The position numbers and the translations under genes were made by a program. Under the pieces are notes generated by a model. The model worked only from the letters and a program-made list of their open reading frames with translations. It ran no database searches and was not told where the DNA came from. This document shows positions 40,401-50,100 of a DNA stretch of 64,000 bases, one piece after another. The first letter of the stretch is position 1; each line of letters opens with the position of its first letter. The stretch spans positions 3,168,001-3,232,000 of the forward strand of contig OY762463.1 of NCBI GenBank assembly GCA_963665815.1, read 5' to 3'. The DNA is from Candidatus Cloacimonadales bacterium. GTDB lineage: Bacteria; Cloacimonadota; Cloacimonadia; Cloacimonadales; JAIOQZ01.

Positions 40401-40889
40401 ACAGACAGAAGAGGAAATCCCATGGCTTTTATAACCCTTGAAGACACTGCAGGTAAATTCGAAGTATCTTTGTTTAAGAGCGATTATGAGAGGTTCTTTC
40501 ATGTAATGCAGGAAGGGGCTGAACTGTTTATAGTAGGAGCGAAATCCACTTATGGTAATGGTGATGATTCATTCCTGAGAGTGTTGCCGTCCACAGTTGT
40601 TACGGGTCAGAATGTCGAACATTTATCCGGAAGCATGGATATTGAACTGAGTAAAGAATATTGTATTGACAATGTCAATAAAAACTTAGCACTGGATTTT
40701 GAAAGGACTATGAAGGAGAGTCCCGGAAAAATAAAGCTGAATTTGATTATAAATACTGATAAATACGGTAAGTTGAAGCTCTGCAAGGGAAAATACTCTA
40801 TCTTTCCTTCTCACAAAGTGTTCAGCAATCTCAATCTAAGTATTGTTAACAGTCCTAAAATACAACTGACAATAGAAGAATCCGAGTAA
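37428..40889 (+). CDS. dnaE: DNA polymerase III alpha subunit
   Basis: HLHNHTQYSLLDG, TDHGN, GRGSAAGS, PDIDIDF, FNKSHAACY. Confidence 0.98.
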   Translation: MAFVHLHNHTQYSLLDGACRVDKMVNLAKEYDMPAVAMTDHGNMFGTIDFYNKANKAGIKPIIGMEAYIVNDDLEDPKSKTNPRHHLVLLVKNLQGYKNLMKLSSIAYTKGFYYRPRISKKVLEEHHEGLICLSACLAGEIPSLLLKKKYDEAEEVIAWYKKLFPDAYYIELMNHGLEEEVAVLPELVKIAEKTNTPMVVTNDCHYLKRADAKAHEVLLCIQTGKSLADPDRMTFESHELYFKTEQEMRDLFPNMDSAFENTVKIAEQVEFDLPYKDFLFPKTDLPEGFTDPYLYLRHLCDEGIKQKYGEETKEIRDRLDFELDVIHQMGYVGYFLIVKDFIDAARDREIPVGPGRGSAAGSIVAYLLDITRLDPLKYGLLFERFLDLKRVGMPDIDIDFCAEGRGEVIDYVVEKYGRQSVSQIVTFGTLGAKSVIKDVARVLDVAPAEANRITKLMPSGPKVTLAKALKEAPEFAEYMAGNEIYKSILEYSMVLEGLIRQIGIHAAGVVIGPGDLSDYAPVAISSQKDGPPAVLVQYEGKWLDDLKMLKMDFLGLKTLTVIKRAIQLVKDGKNIDIDIDNVDLTDQKAYELLSMGMTDGIFQFESAGMKKYLKELKPTCFDDIIAMVALYRPGPIQFIPNYINRKHGIEPIEYDHELTKAALEETYGVTVYQEQVMRISKEMSGFTSAEAGQLRKAISKKKEDLMNKMHIKFADGAVKNGVTRETADKIWKDWEGFANYAFNKSHAACYAFIAFQTAYLKAHYPVEFMAALLTMENDPAKIPYFLDECKNMGIRVIPPNVNESFREFSVKDGAILFGLRGIKNVGSAAIAEIIRERDADGKFTSIFQFCERLDTMIVNKTVVESLIFAGATDELEGNRAQQYASIEDAQNNASVVQAEKNSDQINLFDAFHSDNKEEKSYDYKLPDVNNWTIREKLEHERSVLGFYISGHPLQQHKHIMDYYCNCNSVDFKEKNVRLIKILGLVSEVKTKTDRRGNPMAFITLEDTAGKFEVSLFKSDYERFFHVMQEGAELFIVGAKSTYGNGDDSFLRVLPSTVVTGQNVEHLSGSMDIELSKEYCIDNVNKNLALDFERTMKESPGKIKLNLIINTDKYGKLKLCKGKYSIFPSHKVFSNLNLSIVNSPKIQLTIEESE

Positions 40890-42046
40890 TGAAAATATTG
40901 ATGTTGCTGGTTATACTGTTAGTTAGTATATCTCTATGGTCGGCAGTTGATTACATGGTAGAAACAGTAGGAGAGGAATCGCTTGTATATTTGAGTATAC
41001 CATACTCATTTTTCAATTTCAGACACAAAAGCGGAAAGTTTATGACAGACTCAAGCGTTGAAATCAGTATATATGATAAAAAGAAAAAACTGAAATTTAC
41101 TGAAACTTTACAGGTACGGTTGCATTTAAATAACAGGCTGGAAATTAATAAGAAGAAGTATCCATATTTATGTATAACAGATCTTAAGAAAGGTCAGTAT
41201 TTGATAAAATTGAAAGTAATATCAGTAAATTATGATAAGGAGATAAGGATTCATATCCGCAACAGTAAAGACAGTCATGATTCAAGTTCTCTTTATGTGT
41301 TCTGTTATTCGGGTGATTCCATATATGAGCCTGTAGATGGCATTCAGGACGCAGATTCTGTTATCGTCAGGCATTACAGCTCTATCAGAGATGCTTCTTT
41401 AAGCATTATCAATACTGATCAAAAAAGTAAATATATGAAAGAAAAAAAGTATTTTCTTTACAAAACCGGAATGAAAACAGAAGAAAAGGATTTAAAGAAC
41501 GGTTTTATATATAGCGTGAAGAAACAAGAAGATAAGACTTTGCATTACAAGGTGAATACTGTTGCTTACAGGTTTAGAAGATCTCATACGGAAACTGAAC
41601 AGATAGAGCAGTTAATGATTATCGAACGAGGTGCATTGATTCGCAGGATGAATAAACTGAAATCAGAGGAACTTGAAGCGGCACTGGACAGTTACTGGAT
41701 TCAGACTGACAGAACTATTGGAGACAATGTAAATGAGTATCAACTAGCCTTTTATAATGCTGTTAAGTTATGTAACGAGAAATTTTCAGTTTTCGGTTAT
41801 AAAATGGGTTGGGATTCAGATATGGGAAGAGTTTTTCTTGAGTATGGCCAGCCGGATGAGATTGTAGAAGAAGCATACCCGAGATATGAGGATTATAAGG
41901 ATTTTTTTACGGATAGTGTTCTGGATTCTTTTTACAGGGCTGTAAAAGACTTCAGCAGCATACAGATATGGTTTTATTATCAAAAAAATAAAGTGTTTTT
42001 ATTTATAGAAAAATATGGAGCGAATAATTATGAATTACAAAATTAA
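40889..42046 (+). CDS. GWxTD-domain exported protein 1
   Basis: Signal peptide; GWDSDMGRVFLEYGQPD, IWFY. Confidence 0.8.
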   Translation: MKILMLLVILLVSISLWSAVDYMVETVGEESLVYLSIPYSFFNFRHKSGKFMTDSSVEISIYDKKKKLKFTETLQVRLHLNNRLEINKKKYPYLCITDLKKGQYLIKLKVISVNYDKEIRIHIRNSKDSHDSSSLYVFCYSGDSIYEPVDGIQDADSVIVRHYSSIRDASLSIINTDQKSKYMKEKKYFLYKTGMKTEEKDLKNGFIYSVKKQEDKTLHYKVNTVAYRFRRSHTETEQIEQLMIIERGALIRRMNKLKSEELEAALDSYWIQTDRTIGDNVNEYQLAFYNAVKLCNEKFSVFGYKMGWDSDMGRVFLEYGQPDEIVEEAYPRYEDYKDFFTDSVLDSFYRAVKDFSSIQIWFYYQKNKVFLFIEKYGANNYELQN

Positions 42047-43442
42047 AATTGTGCTGCAGATTCTGTCTGCTGTAATTCTGCTTAATGTATGTGGGCTTGT
42101 GCATGCAGAGCAGATGAACGCAATTGTTGAGGAAAATGTGTTTCTCAATGAAAATGGTATTACAAAATACGAATTAGCGTATTCTGTACCTTATAATCAA
42201 ATGATGTTCTTCAAAAATACTGTTGAAGGCGGTGGAAGTATTTATACAGCTAATCTTGTTGTGTCATTGACTCTTGTATTGAATGGTCAGGAGCATCTTA
42301 TAGAATCAACAGAAAAAGTCGTGAATACCAGATTTGAGGAAAACACAAAGAAAAAAGACTATTATTACACTGACAAAGTGTCCCTTGACGTAAAAGCTGA
42401 TGGGTTGAACATAAGACTTACAATAGCTGATTTTGCAATAGGGAATGAATACAATTGGGAAGGCACTACAAAGTTGTTTGCTCTGACTGAAGATAATTTT
42501 TTAAGTGATCTTGAATTTTCTGATAATGTAATGCCTTATAAAATTGGAATGCCGGAAAAACTCGGAAGAGGTGATACTGTATATGTAGTTAATCCTACTC
42601 ACATGTTTACTGAAGATTATAAAGTTCATTTGTATTATGAGTATTATGGTGAGTCTAATGGTGGTGATTTTGAGGAAGAGATTACTGTAACGAGAAACGG
42701 TCAGGAAGAAGTTCTGGCAACATTTGAAAATCACTCGGATAAAATGGTAAACATCAGGCATTTTCCTATGATCATTGAAGCTGGACAGTTTGAAGATGGT
42801 GTTGCAAACTATGATGTTAAAGTAAAAGTTACTAATAAGAAGACCGGAAAAGTATCCGAAAAGATGGAAAAAATTGTAATTGCTAAAATGATTGTAAATT
42901 CTATCAGATTCTTCCAGAATATAGATGATGAGATAAAGCTGATAAACTATTTCGCAGACAGAAAGGATACAGCTAAATGGGAAAATCTCACTAAAGAAGG
43001 TAAGCTGAAGCAGATAGAGTTATTCTGGAGAAAGTTTGATAAAACTTTCATTGATGAGCTTAAGAAAAGAATCAATACTGCTAATCTGAGATTCAGGAAT
43101 TTTCAGGATGGCTGGAAGACTGATCAGGGAAGGATTTACATAAAATTCGGTGAGCCTGATCAACAGGAAAGGGGAGATACAATAAAAGCCCTGAACAGTG
43201 GAAATACTGATTCGGGAGACCTTGACGCTTATTCAGATATACTTATTACAAACAGAACATATGAAAGGTGGGTATACATGCAGGGCGGAGTCAATGCTGT
43301 ATATCTTTTTATTGAAACGAACTCAAATGGTGTATTTAAGCTGATGTATGGTAATAACGAAAAGGATACATCTGAAAATATTGAGAGAAATTGGAGAAAA
43401 TATTTTGGTGATAATTTTGATGAAGCAGAACTGAGATATTAA
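42030..43442 (+). CDS. GWxTD-domain exported protein 2
   Basis: Signal peptide; GWKTDQGRIYIKFGEPD, RWVY; start may be 42015. Confidence 0.82.
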   Translation: MNYKIKIVLQILSAVILLNVCGLVHAEQMNAIVEENVFLNENGITKYELAYSVPYNQMMFFKNTVEGGGSIYTANLVVSLTLVLNGQEHLIESTEKVVNTRFEENTKKKDYYYTDKVSLDVKADGLNIRLTIADFAIGNEYNWEGTTKLFALTEDNFLSDLEFSDNVMPYKIGMPEKLGRGDTVYVVNPTHMFTEDYKVHLYYEYYGESNGGDFEEEITVTRNGQEEVLATFENHSDKMVNIRHFPMIIEAGQFEDGVANYDVKVKVTNKKTGKVSEKMEKIVIAKMIVNSIRFFQNIDDEIKLINYFADRKDTAKWENLTKEGKLKQIELFWRKFDKTFIDELKKRINTANLRFRNFQDGWKTDQGRIYIKFGEPDQQERGDTIKALNSGNTDSGDLDAYSDILITNRTYERWVYMQGGVNAVYLFIETNSNGVFKLMYGNNEKDTSENIERNWRKYFGDNFDEAELRY

Positions 43443-43464
43443 TTAATATTCATTGAAAACATTG

Positions 43465-43842
43465 TTAATAGAAATCAACTAATTCAGTAACTGGTGAAAA
43501 GGCATTTTCTATATGCTTAATTTCCCAGTTACATTTCCTTTTTGCAATTGCAATAACATCAAATCTCATTAGTTTTTCATTAAGATCTTGATTCTTGTTA
43601 ACGTAGTTCAAGGCTGTTCTGGAAATTTTTTTCTGTTTTTTCACAGAAATACTTGACAACGCATTATTAACAGAGCTATTTCTTGTTTTTACTTCAAAAA
43701 AAATTATAGTATTTTCGTAAGAAGCAATGATATCTACTTCTCCAAATTTAGAGAAATAGTTATGCTCTAATATCTGGTAACCCTTATTAATTAAATAAGT
43801 AAGAGCCAGTTTTTCTCCGGCTTGTCCGATTTTTTTGACCAT
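43465..43842 (-). CDS. yraN: YraN/UPF0102 family protein
   Basis: GEKLALTYL..GY, GEVDII, EVKTR, RFDVI; ATG start at 43842. Confidence 0.9.
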   Translation of the reverse strand: MVKKIGQAGEKLALTYLINKGYQILEHNYFSKFGEVDIIASYENTIIFFEVKTRNSSVNNALSSISVKKQKKISRTALNYVNKNQDLNEKLMRFDVIAIAKRKCNWEIKHIENAFSPVTELVDFY

Positions 43843-43935
43843 ACTCAAAAAAAATAACTTGACTTAACAGTGTCAAATCATAAAACTTAGATTAGATTAA
43901 ATTGAATTTTTATAACCTTTGGAGGTAATATAATT

Positions 43936-45066
43936 ATGAAAAAAACGCTCTTGATTTTTGTTGTCTTGCTTTTGCTGGCGACGTTAAATGGCGTCCCATT
44001 TACTTCTATGGGGGGATTTAACATTCCTTCAGCAAGAGTATTACCACATAAAATGATGGAAGTATCCGTCATTGGCTCAGGTGGTCAGGGAATTAATGGA
44101 ATCGAAAGAGACAGTACTGCTTCTGGTCAAATAGTTTTTGATGCAGAACAGTATGACTTCACTTATGCAAGCATGATTAATTTTGGTTTGTTTGACAGGG
44201 CTGAAGTCGCATTAATATATGATGCAAACCAGGAAATACTGGGTAACTTCAAAATTCAGCTTTTCAATGAGACAGAAGCCCGACCAGCAATTGCATTCGG
44301 TATCAATAATCTTTTTTCTCCAATCAAGGATTTCAGGGATTGGAATGACGAAGAAATGATTGATGAAGAGTACTGGGTAGTTGATCCTTCCGGGAAATAT
44401 TCATACACTCATCCTGGCGATACCCTTGCAACTCATTATTCAATCAATGATGACTATCAGTATCAGGATATTGATGATTACATTGAGAATTCATGGTATT
44501 TTGTAATCAGTAAATCTGTTGTATGGGCAGATGTACCATTTTTACAAAACTTTGGTATTGATTACCTTGAATCAGTAATGCACCTTGGACTTGGTCAGGG
44601 AAAATTTGTTGGGAACGTTGATTTCTCCAAAAAATTTAACGGACTGTTCGGTGGTATTGAAGCAAAAGTATCAGATCTTGCATCTGTTTTTGCTGAAATT
44701 GATGGTCACAATATCAATGTTGGTGGAAGCCTTTCCATTAAGAAGTGGACTGTTAGTGCAGGTATGTACAGACTTGAGGAGATTTTCAATGATGTTGAAA
44801 GCGATCCGAAATTTGCATTAAGTGTGAAATATGCAATCGATGCATGGTCTGAATTAAAGTACAATGAAAGAAATGCTGTTGAAAGTACTCCAGGTACATC
44901 ATCAGTTCCTTCTGGAAGACGTACAGTAAGACAAGGTAAAAAGGAAGTTCAGGAACAATCCGGAGATAATCCGCTTTTACAGGAACTTGAAGCTATCAGA
45001 GCTAAACGTAAAGAAGCAGAAAAAGAATTGGAAGCAATTAAGAGTTTATTAGAAGAAGAAGAATAG
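43936..45066 (+). CDS. Probable outer-membrane beta-barrel protein (YjbH-like) with coiled-coil tail
   Basis: Signal peptide; GGFNIPSARVL, FGLFDRAEVA, PAIAFG, LFGGIE, AEIDG alternating-strand pattern. Confidence 0.65.
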   Translation: MKKTLLIFVVLLLLATLNGVPFTSMGGFNIPSARVLPHKMMEVSVIGSGGQGINGIERDSTASGQIVFDAEQYDFTYASMINFGLFDRAEVALIYDANQEILGNFKIQLFNETEARPAIAFGINNLFSPIKDFRDWNDEEMIDEEYWVVDPSGKYSYTHPGDTLATHYSINDDYQYQDIDDYIENSWYFVISKSVVWADVPFLQNFGIDYLESVMHLGLGQGKFVGNVDFSKKFNGLFGGIEAKVSDLASVFAEIDGHNINVGGSLSIKKWTVSAGMYRLEEIFNDVESDPKFALSVKYAIDAWSELKYNERNAVESTPGTSSVPSGRRTVRQGKKEVQEQSGDNPLLQELEAIRAKRKEAEKELEAIKSLLEEEE

Positions 45067-45067
45067 T

Positions 45068-47095
45068 ATGAAAATTAAATCAGTTTTCTTGTGTCTTTTT
45101 ATATTATTATCTGCAATGAATATGGCAGCTCAACAGGAGCAGTCTTTTGAAGCAGGTATCGTGAATGAGCTCAGCGGGGAGATTGATGAACTCGGTCGAC
45201 TTGCTGAAAAGAAAGAGGTTGTAAAAAAACTTGCTGATAAAGGTGATCAGGCAACAATCTTGAGATTATTTAATTCAGATGCTGCTGTAGTTGATGAGGT
45301 GCTTGCACTTAAACAACTGAAACCAGTGCAGGATGAGTTGAATAGTATGGAAATTGTATATAGTGATGTTGATTTCCTCAAAGGATATCTAAATTACTAT
45401 GAAGCTAGAACTCAAATCCTGGAAGGCAGACTAACTCGAGCTCAATATTCACTTGAAGAATTTGTTGGAAATGCTTCAAATACAGATAAAAGAAAAGATG
45501 CAATTTACTGGCTGGAATATGTGTATTTCATGTCAGGTAATGACAGAGAACTGATTGCGCTGCATAAAAATCATTATAACTGGGCAGAAGATGAAAGTCA
45601 GAAATTCTGGCTCGGTAATGCTTATTACAATATATCCGATATTACAACCGCAGAGACAATATTTACATCATTGAAATCATCTCCTATTTATGGAGAAAAA
45701 GCTGATTTGATGTTGACTCTTATAGGTTACTCGGAATATGGATTGGAATATGCAATAGAAAAATTCCTGGAATATGTAAATGATAAAGGTGAAAGCGGAG
45801 CAAATATAGATTTTGTTTATTTATCACTTGGTCGTCTATATCAGGAACGTAATGATTTTGAAAAAGCAATATATTGCTACGATAAATACAGTGAATTAAC
45901 TAAAGATGAACCTTCAAATGAATTCTGGTATGAGCTTTTCCTTCTTGCTGTTAAAAACAAAAGATTTGATGAAGCTAAAAGATACCTTAAATATATAATT
46001 GATGGTCCAAGTACCGGAGATTATTTTAATTCTGCAAGTTATCTCTACGCCGTGATGTACCAGTTGATGGGTAATCTGGATAATGCTGATCAGGAAATTC
46101 AGACCGCTATAAAAGATGCTGAAAATATTTCAGAAATTTTAATAACCAAAGAGCGTTTAATGGATAAAATTAAAGTTCTGAAAGATAAGCATGCCCAGAC
46201 TGAAGACATGAATGAACGTAAAGAAATTGCAGAAAAACTTGAAAAATTCAATCAGGCTGCCAGAGGCTCTAGTGATATGCTGATAGATATCACTATGGGC
46301 ATTTCTGATGATGATATATTGAAACTTGCAATTCTTGAAGAAGAATATTTCAGTTACAACAGTACTATTAATGAAATGGAAAATATGATTCATGTATTGG
46401 AAACTACATCAAATAAGAAAATTCCGAAAGCCATGGATACATTGATAGATAATCTTGATGAAGATATTGTCAGATTTAAGACTATAAGAAGTCTTGCTAA
46501 TCTTGATAATTTTACTGTTGATGATTATCAGCTTTCATATGCAATTAATAGTGAAATTTACTATATGGAAAAGGTCGTTGATACATACAAGAGCCTTGAG
46601 AAATATGGTAAAAGAAAGAACAAAACAAGGCTTGTTACTTCAGCAAAGAAAAATCAGGAGTTACTCAATGATCTTAAAATATCGCTGGATGCAATACTTG
46701 TAAGTTCATTCGGAGATGTAGATTCTTCTGCATTGATTCAGCAGGTAATTACTGAGGAAATCAAAAGTGCAGAAGTATTGAAGGAAAACTATGCTTTAAC
46801 AAGAAAACTTGTTATTAAGAACTTCAATAAAGTACTCGCCAGAAGAGTTAAAAAAGAGAAGAATCTTCTTGATTCTGAAAATACAAAGATTTATGCGAAT
46901 TACTCAGATCGTATAAAGGCTTTCCAGAAAAGACTGAAAGAAATAGACCAAAGATACAATTTTACAAAATTAGATATTCTTTATGCAAGAGCTAAAGAAT
47001 ACGATGATGAGTTTAAGTTAATGCAGGAAGATTACAGAAATGCATCATCGGTTAATGAAAACATAGAAAATCCTGAATCAAAATCAGGCGAATAA
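45068..47095 (+). CDS. Exported TPR/coiled-coil protein (GltC/GltE-like by architecture)
   Basis: Signal peptide; TPR motifs (YLSLGRLYQERNDFEKAIYCY); helical C-terminal half. Confidence 0.75.
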   Translation: MKIKSVFLCLFILLSAMNMAAQQEQSFEAGIVNELSGEIDELGRLAEKKEVVKKLADKGDQATILRLFNSDAAVVDEVLALKQLKPVQDELNSMEIVYSDVDFLKGYLNYYEARTQILEGRLTRAQYSLEEFVGNASNTDKRKDAIYWLEYVYFMSGNDRELIALHKNHYNWAEDESQKFWLGNAYYNISDITTAETIFTSLKSSPIYGEKADLMLTLIGYSEYGLEYAIEKFLEYVNDKGESGANIDFVYLSLGRLYQERNDFEKAIYCYDKYSELTKDEPSNEFWYELFLLAVKNKRFDEAKRYLKYIIDGPSTGDYFNSASYLYAVMYQLMGNLDNADQEIQTAIKDAENISEILITKERLMDKIKVLKDKHAQTEDMNERKEIAEKLEKFNQAARGSSDMLIDITMGISDDDILKLAILEEEYFSYNSTINEMENMIHVLETTSNKKIPKAMDTLIDNLDEDIVRFKTIRSLANLDNFTVDDYQLSYAINSEIYYMEKVVDTYKSLEKYGKRKNKTRLVTSAKKNQELLNDLKISLDAILVSSFGDVDSSALIQQVITEEIKSAEVLKENYALTRKLVIKNFNKVLARRVKKEKNLLDSENTKIYANYSDRIKAFQKRLKEIDQRYNFTKLDILYARAKEYDDEFKLMQEDYRNASSVNENIENPESKSGE

Positions 47096-47115
47096 TTAAA
47101 CTAAAAGGCACATCA

Positions 47116-50100
47116 ATGGGAAAGAAAGTTAGTTATCTAATATTGTTCCTTTTCATCAGTAGTATTATACTGTCTTCAGTGACATCATATGAAGAATTAG
47201 CAAAGAGAAAAGAAAAAAATGATGCTTATAAGCGAGAGCTGTTCAGAAAAACCGAAAGTTTTATTAAAGACAACCCAGACTCTCCTGATCTCGCGTTTCT
47301 TTATTTTCAACTTGCAGAAATCAGTGCTCAGGTTGATGGGATAGATAACCCGTTAAAACCTGCAAAGCTTTACAGCAAAGTTCTTGAGATTGATCCTGAT
47401 TTTACTGATAAAGATGTTGTTTTATATCAAAAAGCTTTCTATCTGTTTCAAGCTGAATCACAAAGAGTTGATGAAGGTAGAACAAGAAATCTTTATACCG
47501 AGGGAATTGATGTTGAAAGCTGGCCTGATTCATTAAGATTAATAAAAGATAACGCAAGAATCAGTGAGGCAGTTGATGCTTATAATGAAGTATTCAAAAT
47601 GCCTAATTCTGATTTAAGAGATGATGCGATTTATCGACTTGGGAACATATATTACAACCTTGCACTGGATGCAAGATCTCCCTTGAAATATTATAAAACA
47701 GCTATATCGTATTTTGATTATCTTGCTCAAAAATCTGAAGACGAAAAGTACAAAGATTACGGATTGGCTTACAGAGCATGGGCTAAATTTGCCAGTGGTT
47801 TTTACGAAGAATCCATTGCTGATTTCACTCTAATCCTTGATAAGATTAGAAAAGAAGGAAACGAAAGGCTGAAGACTTACTTTGAAGTAGATGCTGTAGA
47901 AAATCTGGCATATTCATTTGTGGAATTTGATGGTGGAAATTATGAACAATATTCTATTGCTGCGGCAAAAGCCATTGAATTGTTCAATCAGATTGTAGAT
48001 GAAAAATATGGTAAGCAAATTTTGAACAAAGCTATTGAATACAAAAGGGATTTGAATTCACCTATGCAGGCAATGGATTTATATAATGCATACATTTCAA
48101 TTTATCCAATGTCGCCTGAGAATCCATCTATTATTGATTCTATCAGATTACTGTTGACCAGGAATCCTTCAAATTCGAGAGCTACCAGTGATAATGAGCT
48201 GGAAGAATTTATTATTAAAGAAAAAGTACGTCTGGTTGAGAATTACAATACAGATTCAGACTGGTATAAAACAAATGTAGATTCTGCAGGGGCAGATGTT
48301 ACTGCAGAACTGAAAATAATAAGAGAAGCTTACGAGTTTTTATTTAACAGGTATTACAATAATTTTTCTCAGGATCCTGAGTATGTAAAACTTGAAAAAT
48401 ATAAGGATCTCACAGATTCTTATGAAAAATTTCATCAGTTTAAAGATGAGAAATATGATAAGCATATTTATGATAATTATGTGAATTATGTTGAAGCTCT
48501 TTATATAATGGCGGGAATGAATAAGACTCCTGAAGAATTCCTTAAGGCTCGTGAAGCATTTATAAATCTTAATGAGAGATACCCTGAGAATGAGAATTAT
48601 TATGACAATGAATTCAGAATTTTCCTTTGTATTGATGAAATAAGAAATCAGGTAAAAGATTTGGATGAAACGGATGTTTCTGCTAACGAAGGTACTGATT
48701 CCACTGTAACCACAGGTATTTCAAGAAAAGATGCAGATTCAATGTATGTTGATGCTACTCTCAAATTCGAAAAGATCTTGAGAAACCCAAAATATGCAGA
48801 AATGGATAAAGAAAATCTGCTTCCTAAGTTAGTATATAACAGAGCAGAGATAAGATTCAAAAATGCTATTTTTGACTCTGCCTATGTTGACTATGAAAAA
48901 CTACTTGAACTTGAAATAAAAGATAATGTTAAGAAACGAGCTTATCTTCAACTCGCTGTTCTGAATGAAAAGAGAAACGATTTTGTTCTCTCCAGAGAGT
49001 ATTTTGAAAAAGCATTAGCACTTGCCGATAATGAAGATCAGGAAATGATCAGAACAAATATTGATGCATCAATTCAGAGTAATGCAAAGAAACTGAAAAC
49101 CGGTGGTGATCTGGTTCAATCTGCTGAAGGCTATCTTGAACTTGCTGACAGATATAAGGATAAGGACAAGAAAAAGAGCCGTGGATTTGTTGTTGAAGCA
49201 ATTAACACATACAAGCAAGTACCCGACTATCAAAAGGCTATTGATTTGTGGCTGAGTTTGACAGATGACCTTATTACTCCGAAACCTGTTGAAGAGAACA
49301 AAGTTGAAGTTCTTACATATTATAAAAATGCCTGGGATATTGCTGATTCTCTTATGACTGACCTTGAACAAGGTAAGGATTTGAGATATAGATTCATCGG
49401 ATTATATCCAAACAGTAATGAAGCTTATCAACTTCATATTGAGATTATTAAAATGTACGAAGAAGGCGCCTTTAAAAATATAGAAACTGCTGCAGAAATG
49501 TATATGGATTTATATGAGAAGTCTCGATCAATGGACTTAGGTACTGAGAAGAGAGAAGATTTGTATCTTCAATCTTTCAAGCTGTATAAAGAACTTGGTA
49601 ATGAGGATAAAGTCGTTGAGTTGAGCCTTGATTTTGAGAAGAAATATCCTGATCACCCTGCAGCAATGTCAATGCTTATCGAAGTTGCTAAAAAGTACAA
49701 AAATCAGAATAAAGAAGAGGAATTCAAGAGTCTGGCAAAATATATTCATAAGAAAGACCCGAATAACAATCTGCTAAGCAATATTGCAGCTTCTGAATTG
49801 AGAGAAATATACATGGAAGCTGACAGTTTATTCAAAACGAAAGATTTCGGTGCAATGAATGAAAAGATTTTCGAATACAAGAGGCTGGAAAGCAAGTATG
49901 AGAAAGAAAATCTTGATATTAAAGTTGATATTGTTCATGAAGATTTTGCTTACTGGAAAGATTACGTAAAATATTATGATAATTTTGACAAAACCTTTGA
50001 AAAAGTGAACAGTACATTCCTTGATCGAACTCCACAACAGTTATTGAAAGTGAATAACCTTACAAGATTCGGTAGGAACTTTAAAGGTCGTATAAAGAAA

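Noticed and set aside
37428-40889. Intein or split in dnaE; GC-richer 5' half as a mosaic
   Set aside because: Length and motif spacing are normal; the GC gradient was judged only by eye and may reflect amino-acid composition.
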